DNA from: Podarcis melisellensis
Taxonomy: Eukaryota
NCBI GenBank assembly: GCA_964234715.1
Contig: OZ174278.1
Direction: 5' to 3' (one strand)
Length of the DNA: 64,000 nucleotides
Below, in pieces: positions 51,717 to 63,977 of the stretch; within the stretch, counting starts at the first letter, position 1; each line of letters begins with the position of its first letter. Under the pieces are notes generated by a model, which saw nothing but the letters and a program-made list of their open reading frames with translations, was not told where the DNA came from and made no database searches. The position numbers and the translations under genes are program-made.

Positions 51717-52357
51717 TTACTCTCTGGCAAGTGTGCATAGGGTCACGACTTGAATGGGCAGTGGTGGAACTTTAACCCAAGACTCGCAACTGGGTCTCCC
51801 ACTTTTTTTCTTTCTGTTGGAAGGACCACTTTGGAGAAAGTGAGCATCTCTCCATGTGCTGTGTGGCAAAGGTGGGGGGGGGGGCGGGGAGGGAGAGAAG
51901 GCAGCCTTCTTCATTCTCCATCCAGCCTCTTCTCTATTAGCATAGGCTCTCTTTCTCTCCGGCAAAGGCAGCTTAAGGACCGCTGCGCCAAGCCAGGCGG
52001 GCGTCTGGCTGGCGTCCAGCAGCCAGGTCGAGCTGTTCTTTTCGCCCTGGGCTTAGCCTGGGGCCAGAAGCCCCTGCCGAGGGTGGGAGGTGGAGGAGGG
52101 TTGGCAGGGAGAAGGAGCCGTCCCTAAGCCCTGGCTAGGAAGCCCGTGTTAGGGAGCCCTGGGCTGCAGCTGGGCTCCGGCTCCTCAATTAGTTGGCCCA
52201 GGGGCCAGGCGAGCTCCCGGGCCTCCCTCCTGCATTGTCTGCCGTGGCCTAGGGAGATTGAAAGCAGATGGGCCGAGTGAGGGCAACTCACGGCCCCCTC
52301 CGCTCCTCACGTCCAGCTCGAATGGAAGACCACTCCGTCCCTGGGTGGGCAATTGAA

Positions 52358-52418
52358 CTCATAGAATCATAGTGTTGGAAGGGACCTTAGGGACCATCGA
52401 GTCCAACCCTCTGCAATG
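52358..52418 (-). mobile_element. CR1 extreme 3' tail
   Basis: TCATAGAATCATAG...TTGGAAGGGACC is the reverse of the CR1 (ATTCTATG)n terminus. Another CR1-like tail lies near 46850-46945. Confidence 0.7.
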
Positions 52419-55400
52419 ACCTATTGCGCCACTGGCTGGCGCAAGTCGCGTGTTGTTGAGAAATGGAGCTGGGGGGGGAGGCATTTGTGCAGGATTCTTA
52501 CCCAGATGGGAAACAAGCTCCATGGAAATCCACGGGACTCAGGGACTGGTGGGGACGCGTGCACGCGCGCCCCTGGGTCATCTGCGCCACGCTCGCACGT
52601 GGGAGTGGTGGCAGAGTCGCGGTTCCGTGGCTTCCGTGACTCTTCCCACGCGGCTCTTACCGCAGTTCACACCTCTTCCCATCCGGCAGAGAGTCATGCC
52701 ACGCCTCAGCAAATCGCGGGATACTTGTGCACGTGTGAACCTTTCGAACCCGTGTATTCGGGACAAAGCGCGCGAGTGAGAGCGAGGAGTACGGTGGCGA
52801 TGGGCTTGGCGTCGTTACCGAAGCTAAGCACGTGGCTGCTGCAACCCTAAACAGATAACTGACCCGGGAAAGTGCCTTTGGTTTCCTAGTAAAACTGAGT
52901 TCAGTCTTTTGAGGAATCCAGTGTGCACTTGCAGTCCCACAGTTTCCAGTGCGCCGCTAACTTTCCCTGCGGTGATTTGAACTGGCCTCATTCAGGGTGA
53001 GTAAAATAGATTTATAAACTGGGGTTGAATTTCCGAATAAATGTAGTTGGTTGGGGCAGGACTACGCAAAGTTCGAGCAATGACACCGAAATCCTGAGGG
53101 GGGTCGGAGGAGTTCCTTTGAAACCAGTAGGGCCCGATCCAGACGGTACTAAGCACTTTTAGGCTGCAGTCCTACTACTCCCCCTCACCCAGGAGTAAGT
53201 CCCGGGGAACTCAACAGGGTTTCCTTCTGAATACAGTAGATTGGTATAGGGATTTCTCTGTCAATTCCTGAGAGTTGAAATGGAAAGCACGCCTTTCTCC
53301 CTCTCCCATTTAAAAACAAGTGCTTGTCTTTGGCTGGATCTTGTTCGAAATGACCCGAGGCGGTGCAGTATATTAGTCTTAAAGTAGATCTCATCCAAGA
53401 AGGGATTTTCGACTTGCCATTTTAAGCATAATTAGTTGCGAGTTAAAATTCCGCTGACATCACCCAGGCCTGTTTCTCCTGTCCGGACATAATTCCAAAT
53501 GGGTGCTTTAGGATTGGATTCGAAGGGGTTTCCAGAGACACAAATGAGATTTACCTCCAAACAGAGGCAAAAAGGGCTGAAAAGGTGCTTTTCATCTTCC
53601 CAGTTATTAGAGGAGGCCGGCTCGGGGTGGGGTAGGCAGGGAGCCACCGGCAAGGCGGAATTTAATCGCTTTCCTTGCAAGCAGCGGCGGTGTCTGGGTC
53701 TAATGGGAGGGTGTGTGTGTGTGTGCAAATACTCTCTATGCCCGCAGAAATCGCTTAGGCATACAAGCGTAGCTGGGCACCCCTGGGTGAATCGGGCCCT
53801 TTTAGCCGTGCCAGTTTCATACTGCCATTTTCTTTCCAGCTCCAAGGGGATCGTGTCTGCAAAGATTACTAAAGTGTGTATATATAGTTATTTTGTGTGT
53901 GTGTGCATTTTCTCGGATCCGGTATGTATTCTGTGTGCGCGCGCAGGACTGTCTCCTCGGCCTCATCTAATTCAGTAAGGAAATGACTTCCTTTCTAATA
54001 CACTAATTTGTGTGTGCGCACGCAAAAGATATTAACATCTGGAAATGGCTATCAAATGGTGTGCAATCCCAGAGAGACGGCAAACTTCCACTGTATAATA
54101 TTTCCACTAGCCGCCTTCGTGATCCCATAAATCGTCCTTGAGAATTGGTGGAAAGTAACAGTTCCTTGGAATGGAATGCTAGTTGGGGAAATAACTGGAA
54201 AAAAAATGTTAACAATTTACAAGACTTTCTCTCTTCTCTTCTCTTCTCCTTGCAAAATATTCCATTGAGCGCCGAAAAGCCATCGAAAGACAAATATGCC
54301 GAGTTCACTCAGTTACGAATCGTTATTGCGAGTTTGGAAAAAAAAAGAAGAAAGAAAGAGTCGCCCTTAACGATTTCTTCAAACACACGTTCCTCTCCTT
54401 CTGGTCAGGCGCAGGAGTCTGCAGGCCACATCCGAGCCTCTCCAGTGCCCTCTCAGTCTCAGAGGCCAAAGATTTCCTCTGCAGCTCAGACTTCCTCGTA
54501 TATAAAAGATGGGCTGGCTACTCTGGCCATTCTCTGTCATAGAAGCACTGAGTGAAGAGACCCGGAGTCTCCTCCATCCATCCCCCTATTGGTAGGGGGG
54601 TTAGATCAGCTGAACCTCTTGAATCCTTAGTTAAGAAGGCTCCGGGCCTCCAAAAGGCATAGGCGACTGCCACCAAGTTTCCATGGTTTAAATATTACAT
54701 TGAACCGCCTTGCTGTCAGGGTGGCAGGGATAATATGAAACAGCTTCCGGCTGCAGTAGAGCTGTTCCTGGCTTAGGTAGGTCAGTTTTTCCCGTGTAAT
54801 TTCTAAAATGAAGGTCCTGGGGGGGGGGTTTACATTTATCCGGGTGTCTTACTCTCCGTCCTGGAAATTCTCACCTCGAATCTCAGATCTGTGGGAGTGT
54901 CTTTGGGGATCAGAGAAAGGCGCTCTACATATGCCTCCAGACCCAGGCGCAAGGCATATGAAACAGGCTTTGGAGCTGAGCTCTGAGAAACTCCGTTCAA
55001 AAACTGGGATCAAATGGGCCGACTTCACAGGGTTGTTGTGAATGTGATGAATGCCTTACGGACACGCCCACACCCAAAGGGCTCTGTGGGGGGGGGGGGG
55101 GAATAGTATGATTGCTTTGCTTTCTTAACTGGAAATACGAAGCCGCCGCTTCCCAGCCCTGAATGAGTCAAGAGATATTTACAGGCTAATTGTAACGAGA
55201 TAAACAAACGAGCGGGTTCCTAGAAAGATAAGCTGCGTTTTAAAAACCACCCTAGATTAATAAATCGATCGACTGCTCATTGTGATGAATGGATTACTCC
55301 CCCGGGTATTGGTTAAAACTAACTTCGATGGACTAGGAAGAAGTTGATCTTTCTTTCTCTTGAGTTTATTTCTCCCTTTTCTGTAAGCTGGAAGGGGATC

Positions 55401-57214
55401 ACCATGCAGGCAAGTCCAGGTTCCCGCCCAGCAGAAGGAGCAGAATGGCCCCCAAACAGATCTGGGCTGTCTAAACACATTTTAGATAGGAAGCAAGAAC
55501 GCGCGTTATCATGGGCCCCTTTCCCAAGACCAGGACGCCCAGAGCCTAAAACCACCGTAACTCCGCTCCTTACTGCACCCCCGCCTTTAACGTATAAGAA
55601 TACGAGTACACGACACGTTCTGTTAATTACCGTAGAAATTAACCCTGAAGCTTCTGAACAAATCCTTTCTGCGCTGCTGTGGACTCAGAGAGAGCCTGAG
55701 CCTATTGCTAGTTTGAAGTAGAAAATCTCCGTCTTAAAAAACAACGCCAAAAGCCACTCAAGACATCTGGCTGGTTCCTAAAGAAGCAGGAGTGTGTTTG
55801 TGTGTGGCGAGGAGTTGGGGGAGGGGTAGTATTTGTTCCTTTTCTTTTCTTTTTCAAATTGGGAAGCATTTGAAATCCCAAAGACTGTAATATAAATCTT
55901 TGGAAATTCAAATGCTTCCCACTTTAAAGGGGAAGGGCAGGGAAGCAGTATTTCTCACGGAGATAGAGGCGCACACAAATCTGTGTGCAATCGGGGTGGG
56001 GGGATTTATCCTGCGAAAGTCCCGCTGAAATGACTGGGGTATATGCGCAAGAGCACCCCACAGCTCCCGTTCGGGTGCGCGCGAAAGACTCTCCTGCCTG
56101 TGTTCAGAATATAAAAAGCTGATTCATCCCACCGTATTTCCCTCCTGTGGCGACCATCAGGATGATCCCAAAATAAATCTTTAAATTGGGGGATGGGGTG
56201 GGTGGGGAGGAGGGATGTCACATGACGACCGCCACGCATTCCCTAGCCATAATCACGCCTTTTATTAAATTTTCTAGATGGGCAGTGTGGCTGGGGTGGA
56301 TCAATCCAATCCATTCATAATCACCATTGAAGGCCCCTATTTGAATTAAAATCTATTAGCCCCTCTATGGGAGATGCGGCTATTGCTTAAATCAATAAAG
56401 AACATATACAGAGAAGACGCGGGCTCTTTCTTTCTTCCTCTCTCTCTCTTTCTCTTTCTTTCTTTTTAACCTCTCCTATGAAATGTGTTAAGGAAGAGGG
56501 AAAAAAACCCCTTCACTCTGAAATCTCTCGATCGATCCTTATAAATATTTAAAGGCTTCGGAGAGGAAAGAAAGAAAAAAATAAAGGAAGGAAGAAGCCC
56601 ATTTAATTATTCGCAGAAAAAGCGAAACGCATTAACACTGCATCCATTCGGATTAATAAAACAAATTGTCCCTAGACTGATGAGCAGCGAAAATGTGGGG
56701 AAAGACGAGAGAGAAACGGAATGGAAAGGCCAGGTTGATTGTTTTTTCTGAGAAATATTATTTGCTCGTCTTCATGTAAGGTGGTCAAAAGACTCTCAGG
56801 GTCGGGGACTCTGATGGACAATGGCCAGAGCAGCTTTAAAGTGGGGGGGAGAGATGCCTTTGCTAAACGACATTTTAAAACTGGTTAGGGTCTAATGACG
56901 CCCAGGATTAAGATGCTAAAACAGCCGCTCACTCTCAACTTGGTCTTTACAGCTGATCTCGGGAGCTTGACCAGCATCACCGCCTTTGCTCATCGCCGGC
57001 ATCCTTCGGCGTCGCTGTCTAGCTACTGGGGAACCGCGCCCCCACGGCGCCGGGAGAGTCAGCCCGTCGCCCTCGGCCTAGGGGAAATGCCAGCTTGCCA
57101 ATGCGAGAGCCACGTTCAGGAACTGTTTCCGGATTAGAGGCAGGGGGAAAAGAAGAGAAAAACTATCCAGTCGTCGCCAGAGAAAGACGAAATGAAGCTA
57201 AAGACAAATGGCGT

Positions 57215-57215
57215 T

Positions 57216-57298
<83 letters not shown>
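57215..57298. repeat. (AAAG)~21 microsatellite
   Basis: Directly visible. Confidence 0.97.
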
Positions 57299-57299
<1 letters not shown>

Positions 57300-60200
57300 G
57301 AAATAAGTTCTCCTGCAAGACCTCTGGCGAAATGTTCTGTCTGAGGCTGCTGCGGACGAGGACTTCGTTATGTTACTCTCTCTACCAATTAACATTTCCC
57401 CAGGGCTTGGTAGGCCTCCCTGGGGCACGCGGATCTTAAGAGTTATGTTAGATTAGGGAACATAAAGACGCATTCAGATGCGCAATAAATATATACGATA
57501 AGCTTCTCCTCTGGGCATCTAGACGCAGCTCACATCCCTCGCTTCCGCGGGGAAAGGCCCGGGAGTCCCACATTCATATTCTATCATCTCCACACACACA
57601 CACACACACCGCTCCCCCATCTATGTGAGCTAGCACGAGGAGAACTAGCCCATCGCCAGATGCCATGAAAAGAAAATGTGGTCTGCTGCGCCCTTACAGC
57701 TGCCCTGTTTGTCCTCCCACTTGACCGCTGCTCCGTGGAAATGTTCCGCTCTGACCCGGGGACCCTGAAATCGAAGCAAAGGTGCTTGTCTTTGGGTGAG
57801 GGAGTCTCTGGAGTCCTTCAGACGAGGCGGGCCGCCTGGGAAAGGAGGGTTGGAACTGAAACCAGAGGCAAAATCGAGGAGGTCCCGAGCCAGTCCCAAA
57901 CAGCTGTGTGGGAAGAAGAGGGTGCGGTCTCCCCTTCTCAGACGAGAGTTTTGTTTTGTTTTGTTTTTAAGCCACAGGAAAGAAACCCAGTATTTTTTTA
58001 AAGCCCTTTTTCTGTAAAACTAGGAGGAGGGAACGAGGGCACAGAAGACGAAGGATACACTTCATTAATCCGGATCCAGATGGAAGGAAAAGGAGAAACT
58101 GGTGTTGGGGGGAGAAACCATTAGATTCGGATTTAATAAGGATACAGGCTAAAACACTGGCATAAAATTTCTCTCTCTCACTCTCAGACACACTCGTCTC
58201 CCTGGGCTTGTGAAAACGTTAGCAGTTGGCATGCAGATTCTGGTTTGTCTGGTTTGTCAGTTCTGTTTCTCCCTGTGTGGGCACCCCTGGGCAGTGTGTC
58301 TCCTTGTCTGGCGGAGGCAGGGAGAGGGGAAAGGTTTCCCAAAGGACTCATTCACTGGGACAAGCAGCGCTCCCACTCCCAGTCGTTTGAACGGGAGCGA
58401 GGGCTGCGCCGGGTCTGGATCCAGCCGCCAAGCAGGCAACTCGGAGAAAGTTCCCGAGTTCCACTCCAAGGAACAAAGTTGCAAACCCCAATTCATTTTT
58501 CAGATCTCTCCTTCCTGAAAAATCAAATGTCTGGCTTTTCATTCTCCGTCTCCCCCCACCCCTTCTTCCCTTTGCCCTCCTTTCCCCGCTTCCACCATGG
58601 CCCAATTCATCAACTCCGAGCAGAGAACGAACCCTAATTTGTGTTGCAAATAGGCGAACCTATGTTTGCCACGGGACGCTCGTAAAAATGTCAGGGCGAG
58701 AAATATGGAAGCGGTTTTGCTTCCCCGGCTTGAGTTCAGTAGGGCCCTTATATGGAAGCAGCAAGCCGCCCCACTCCCTACCAAACGCCTCCATTCTTCC
58801 TGAACAGCTGGGAGTGGTATCGGCCCTGTCTGCTTCCCGGGGCCCTGGAAGTACCGAGTTGCCAGGCCCAGAGACCAAGGCTAGATCATATCAGCCTTCC
58901 AGAAGAAGGGAGCTTTGAAATCCGTCATCTGACGAGGCAGATGTGGGAGGCATGCGGACGACCACTTTAAGCGCGCGCGCGCGCAATCTCCGCCAAGCAT
59001 CTGCACCTGATGCGCGCTTCAAGTCTTCCTTGCCACGGGGAGGGCGAGACAGGCGACCACAGGCGCAGCTTGGGTGTCTACGAGGGCTTACTTCTGTTTA
59101 AGAAAGGGTGCAAGAGGGAGCTTGGAGAGCTTTGTTAGTAATGGGGATTACCGCCTCCGAAGTCACCAGCAACAACAATACAGTATTTGCTGGTGCTTTG
59201 AGATCCAAGGAAATTAACTTTCCTTCAGGGCTATTGGAAATAGATTAAATAGCCACTCTGTTTTGCCGGTATTACCGTGAGATTTGCCAGAGAAATATCT
59301 CTGGGAAGTACCACCATCATCCAAACACTCTAGTGAACGTGGAAGAAACGTTAATTTGGAATTAAATTCCACCAGTTTAAACGCAATTTCTTCCTACAGT
59401 AATGCATTCACGATCTTTCACGCTACAAGAGCGTGATAAGTCTGTCTGCACTGTTCTATGCCAACGATTTCACACGGGTCTATTTTCCCCAGAAGCTGCG
59501 ATTGGTAGGGGAGGATAGACACGTGGCGTGATCTTCACACTTGACAGTGTAGAGAAAACTCTTTAAGTGTTTTGCACAGAAGTGGTACTTAGGGATGGCA
59601 AGCGGGTGGGGCTTGGGGCACATGACAAGAATCTCCCCCCCCCCTGGGTGAAATCCTCCCACCTGGACCATTTCTGGCGGTGGTCTTTTCGGAGATAGCA
59701 AAAGAAAACAGAAGAGTAGCCCTCAAATAAAATAAACATAAGAAGAAAAGGAATGACCTTCTGATAGATAGGAAGAAGAAATGTTGGACAATAAAAATGG
59801 CGGGGCACCTGTATCTAGGTCAGTTCCTCTCCTCCTCTCTCTGCTTTTTTGGTACCTCCAGAGAACCAAAGTGGTTTGGAACTTTGGTGGTTTGCATTGA
59901 TTTCAACAATGGCATCTCCCTTTTCATCCAGGCCATACGACAGCTTTCCATCAAGTGCCTTACTCCAGATCTCCTAATGCAGACCAGTGACCTCCTACCC
60001 ACCTGCCTTAACCGACTTAAAAGCGGGAGCCTGTTTTGTTGTTGCCCCAACTCACTTTCTCCGCTAGGTACAACACTGTAGCAAAGCGAATTGTGTTGGG
60101 CGTCGCTTCTTACAGAGTTGTTGGTGGAATACAAACGAGACAACCACCAGATATGCCTTCCCCTGTGCTCCTTGGAGGAAGGGTCAGGTGGCACATCTAC

Positions 60201-62025
60201 GTGGCTGTATTTGTGACCAGGATCAAGAAGGATCGGGCCCTGGGTTGCCCCCTCCTGGTCCGGAAGCGCCTTCCGCCATGGATGCTCCAGGAGCGCAGTT
60301 TCTGTGCGCGCGCCCGCCATTCGCTTTGCACATTGATCCTCGGTTTCCGTGGCTGATTCCCTCGCGTCTGATTGGTTTTTGCGCTCAGGCTTGACGACCC
60401 GTTCCTTCTGATCTAGGGAAGCCCGCGCCCCCTTCGCTTGTTGAACCAGCTCTCAGCTGGGCGTGGGGTGGGGAGCAAGACCCCTCGTAAACGTCAGGAG
60501 GCCCGTCGACTGCGCCGAGATCAAACGATCAATCCTAGTTCCTCCAGATAATTATTTTAAAATTCACGCCGGAATTGATCTCCTTTTAAAAAGCGCTTTT
60601 ATTAATTGTTTCCTCTCCCTGTCCTCCTCTCTTCCTTGGTGGAGGTGGCTGAGGCTGCTGTTTATGCGCACCGGCGGATTAATTAAAAACAGCCTCCGGG
60701 GAGAGGTGGGGAAAGAGAGAGCGGGAGGGTGCGCGCGCGCGCGTTGTTTTAGGCTTCTGTTAATGATTTAGAGCCATGCGGAAAGTTTCTTGCTCCCCGA
60801 TCCGAAACGCAGAAGGCGGAACGGTGTGGCATTTTGCACTTGCAAATCAAAGATGCACGACGCAGCGCGATCCTGTGCGCGCTTACTCGGAAGTGTGCAC
60901 GAGGGTCGCAGCTTCAGAAGGAGTAGGGGTAGGAGGAGAGGGCCGTGCTAGACAGGAAACAATAATTCAATGCCCCAACAAGATTTGTTAAAATTGGAGA
61001 CGAGGGAAAGGGGAGGCGACGCGGTGCACGCAGCTTCATTAATCAATTCTCCCCTTAAGGACGCCAGACCAGAAGAGGCGATTAGAACATTCTTGCCTGG
61101 TGTTTGTGGCACGCTTTAGGTGGGAAAATCTGGTGTTTTTAAGGCACCAGAATGGACCGGATACACCCCGCTGGATCCTTTAACAATTGTCATCAGTCTG
61201 TGAAAGGCTAAATCCTTTGAGATTTGAGTTGTAATCGTGCATTCTCCCCCCCCCACCCCAGACACACACAAAGGAGGAGGGGAAACAACCAACTAGAAAT
61301 CCCCATCTATCGCTGCACATTTGCCAATATGTGCAAATAAACGTCATTTTATGGAGACGGGCGTTGAAGCCGACAGTGGGGATGAAGATGCCAGCATCCG
61401 AGCGAGAAAATGTAATTTACTTTAGGGAATAAAAATCCATTGGCATTTTACTTGCGAGTAAGAGCGCCAGACGAATGTTCACTTGGAAATTAGTGCCACT
61501 GAATTTAATATAATGACTTGTTTCCGGGTAAACACGTTTAGGGTTTTCCCAATTCCAATTATATTTACAGTACTAAGGAGCAGCGGGGTGGGTGGGTTTA
61601 CTTCTGAGTAAACATGTATAGAACCTAAGCTTCTTATTCTTCTTTTTAAATGAGTTTTATTTTTAAAAGGAGTTCGCCCTAAGCAAAACAGAAGCAAGAA
61701 CAGTCTGCAAGACTGCAGTTGGAGAAACCAGCCGGGTTCCTGCTTTTAGTCTGACAGCACGTGTTTGGATGTGTCTGTGTAATTCGAAATAAATAGTTTT
61801 AATCCTGTTCATAGGTACCAGCATTCTTTTTTTTTGCAGATAGTCCCAATAAGAATCCCCCATGGCAAATTGGCACAACTGTCGATTCGATCGACAGACA
61901 CACAGAGACAGACTCATCCAGCATTTCATCTCGCCGGGCGAGAGAGCAGAGTTTAGAAATCTCAACATCTCCCGGCGCTTTGAAGTCTAAGGCTGCTGCC
62001 TGTCACCCACTTTCCACGCACTTTA

Positions 62026-62241
62026 CAGTGGTACCTCGGGTTACATACGCTTCAGGTTACAGACTCCGCTAACCCAGAATTAGTACCTCGGGTTAAGAAC
62101 TTTGCTTCAGGGTGAGAACAGAAATCGCGCAGCAACAGCAGGAGGCCCCATTAGCTAAAGTGGCGCTTCAGGTTAAGAACAGTTTCAGGTTAAGAACGGA
62201 GCTCCGGAACAAATTAAGTACTTAACCCAAGGTACCCACTG
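62026..62241. mobile_element. Tc1/mariner (Tigger-like) MITE, same family as 30885
   Basis: TIR CAGTGGTACCTCGGGTTA...TAACCCAAGGTACCCACTG, TA TSD. Confidence 0.9.
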
Positions 62242-62894
62242 TACTTGGGAACAAGTTCCACTGAACTCCCCAGTAGACTTCGATGTAAGAAACCCACCCC
62301 ATCCATTCTGGCGTAAGCCTTTCGCGGGCCCAAGCCTCCTCCACCGGACAGAGGGGCGGCGGGTGCTGTGGCCCACGAAACCTTAGGCTACAGATCGCAT
62401 TTGTTAGTCCTCAAGCTCTTGGGGCTCTTCCTTGCCATTTGCTGCAAACACACACACAGAACCCCCCCCCCCGACGCGACCCTCTCTGGGAGCCCCTCTC
62501 CCTACAAAGACACAAACACCCAAGGAAGGGGGGGGTCCTTCCTAACCCTCCCTTAGCATTAGAGGAAGGGAAGACCACGTTCCTGAGGAGAAAGACATTT
62601 GAACGAAAGATGCCTTTTTTCTCTATAACAGGTTTCTACATTCAAAACATACACATCAAGAACGACAATGAAACAACCCCCCGGTCGCCCAAGAAAAACT
62701 CGTTTCCAACTGGCACGGATTTACCTTTTTATTGAACAACCAGAGTCCGCTCTTTTTGTTGTCATTTCCTCCCCCTTCCCGGTTGTCTAGCAAGAGTTGG
62801 CGGCCCAGCTTTTCTCCCCCCGCTCCTAGCGTGTCCATAATAAGCAGAAGATCTCCTGGTAGCCAGTCAGGTCTTCCTCCAGTCTCTCCCACCC

Positions 62895-62920
62895 CCGCCG
62901 CCGCCGCCGCCGCCGCCGCC
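62895..62920. repeat. (CCG)~8 repeat upstream of the SHOX promoter
   Basis: Directly visible. Confidence 0.95.
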
Positions 62921-63094
62921 CCCACGCCTTCCTTTCCGTTTGGTTCCTGCGAGCCATTGAAAAGAATGCGGAGAGATACCTGTTTGGGAGGAGGCTATGG
63001 GATGGAGTGGGGGAGGGAGGGTGGGGGAGAAAGAGGAGAGGGAAAGAGTTTCATTGGATTCCTCCCTCCCTCCCTCCCTCTCCCTGCTCTTTGC

Positions 63095-63310
63095 CACCCT
63101 TAAATCAAGGTGCGACGGGTGCCAAAGCGCGATGAAATGCAAAGAAAGCCAATTGCTGGCCCGAGGTGGGGGGAGATCGCTCCTCGGAGTCCTGCCTGCG
63201 ACTCTGGAAGAGGCAGTAATTGCTGGAGACAGAGAGAGCTGGGGGGCTGGGCTGAGGTAGCCATGTATAAATAGTGTGATCTCCCCATTGAAAGGCATAA
63301 ATAACAGCGG
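63095..63310 (+). promoter_or_regulatory. SHOX proximal (P2-like) promoter with CCAAT and TATA boxes
   Basis: GAAAGCCAATTGC near 63145, TATAAATAG at 63266 and GGCATAAATAACAGCG near 63294. The order and wording resemble my recollection of the human SHOX exon-2 internal promoter. Confidence 0.75.
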
Positions 63311-63628
63311 GAGGGATCTAAGCCCCGAGACAGCGCCCCGTCTCTGCTCTTCGACGTGGTCTTCCTCGCTGCTTGTCACGAGGAGGAGGATTTAAAACAA
63401 AACACGCGCACGCAACGCGCAACACCACCTTCAAGCAGCAGCAGCAGCAGCAGCCTGGACCGACGAGGCGGCCCCCTGGACCTCCTGAGTGCAGATCTCC
63501 ACCCCACCAGCCCCACCACCGCGACCCACGCCCAGATCCAGCCGCTGCAGCTCGGAGGACCTCTTCACTGTGGATCGCGGGCGTGCGCTTCTGCTCTCCC
63601 CCTCCCCCTCCCCAGCCACCGGGTCGCC

Positions 63629-63977
63629 ATGGAAGAACTTACCGCGTTTGTCTCCAAATCTTTCGACCAGAAAAGCAAGGAGAGCAGCAGCGGAGGAGGA
63701 GGTGGCGGCGGCGGAGGTGGTGGTGGAGGAGGAGGCGGCGGTGGCGGCAGCAGCGGCGGCGGAGGAGGCACCGGCCACAAGAAGGAGACTATCACGTACC
63801 GGGAAGTTTTGGAGAGTGGGCTGGCGCGCTCGCGGGAGCTGGGCGCCTCGGAAGCCGGCAGCCTGCAGGAGCTGGCCGAGAGCGGCGCGCACTGCCCGGT
63901 GCACCTCTTCAAGGAGCACGGAGACGGAGACAAGGACAAGCTCAAGGACTTCAACCACGCCAGCAGGACCTCGGAAG
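63629..63977 (+). CDS. SHOX: SHOX (short stature homeobox) first coding exon; the gene continues beyond the window
   Basis: ATG in a strong Kozak context (gtcgccATGG). Translates [22 protein letters not shown]19-SS-G5[69 protein letters not shown] (116 codons + 1 nt), then a phase-1 donor G|GTAAGG. The motifs [11 protein letters not shown] and HCPVHLFK, and poly-Gly lying before ITYREVLE, match SHOX rather than SHOX2. It is absent from the ORF track because the frame has no stop before the window ends. Confidence 0.97.

Noticed and set aside
59820-60356. 166-aa and 106-aa ORFs as a divergent gene
   Set aside because: No recognisable homology; such ORFs are expected by chance in a CpG-rich domain.
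1-63000. A novel multi-gene system
   Set aside because: No supportable protein-coding gene other than SHOX and TE remnants was found.
63629-63977. SHOX2 assignment
   Set aside because: The position of the poly-Gly tract and the LARSRELG and HCPVHLFK motifs match SHOX.
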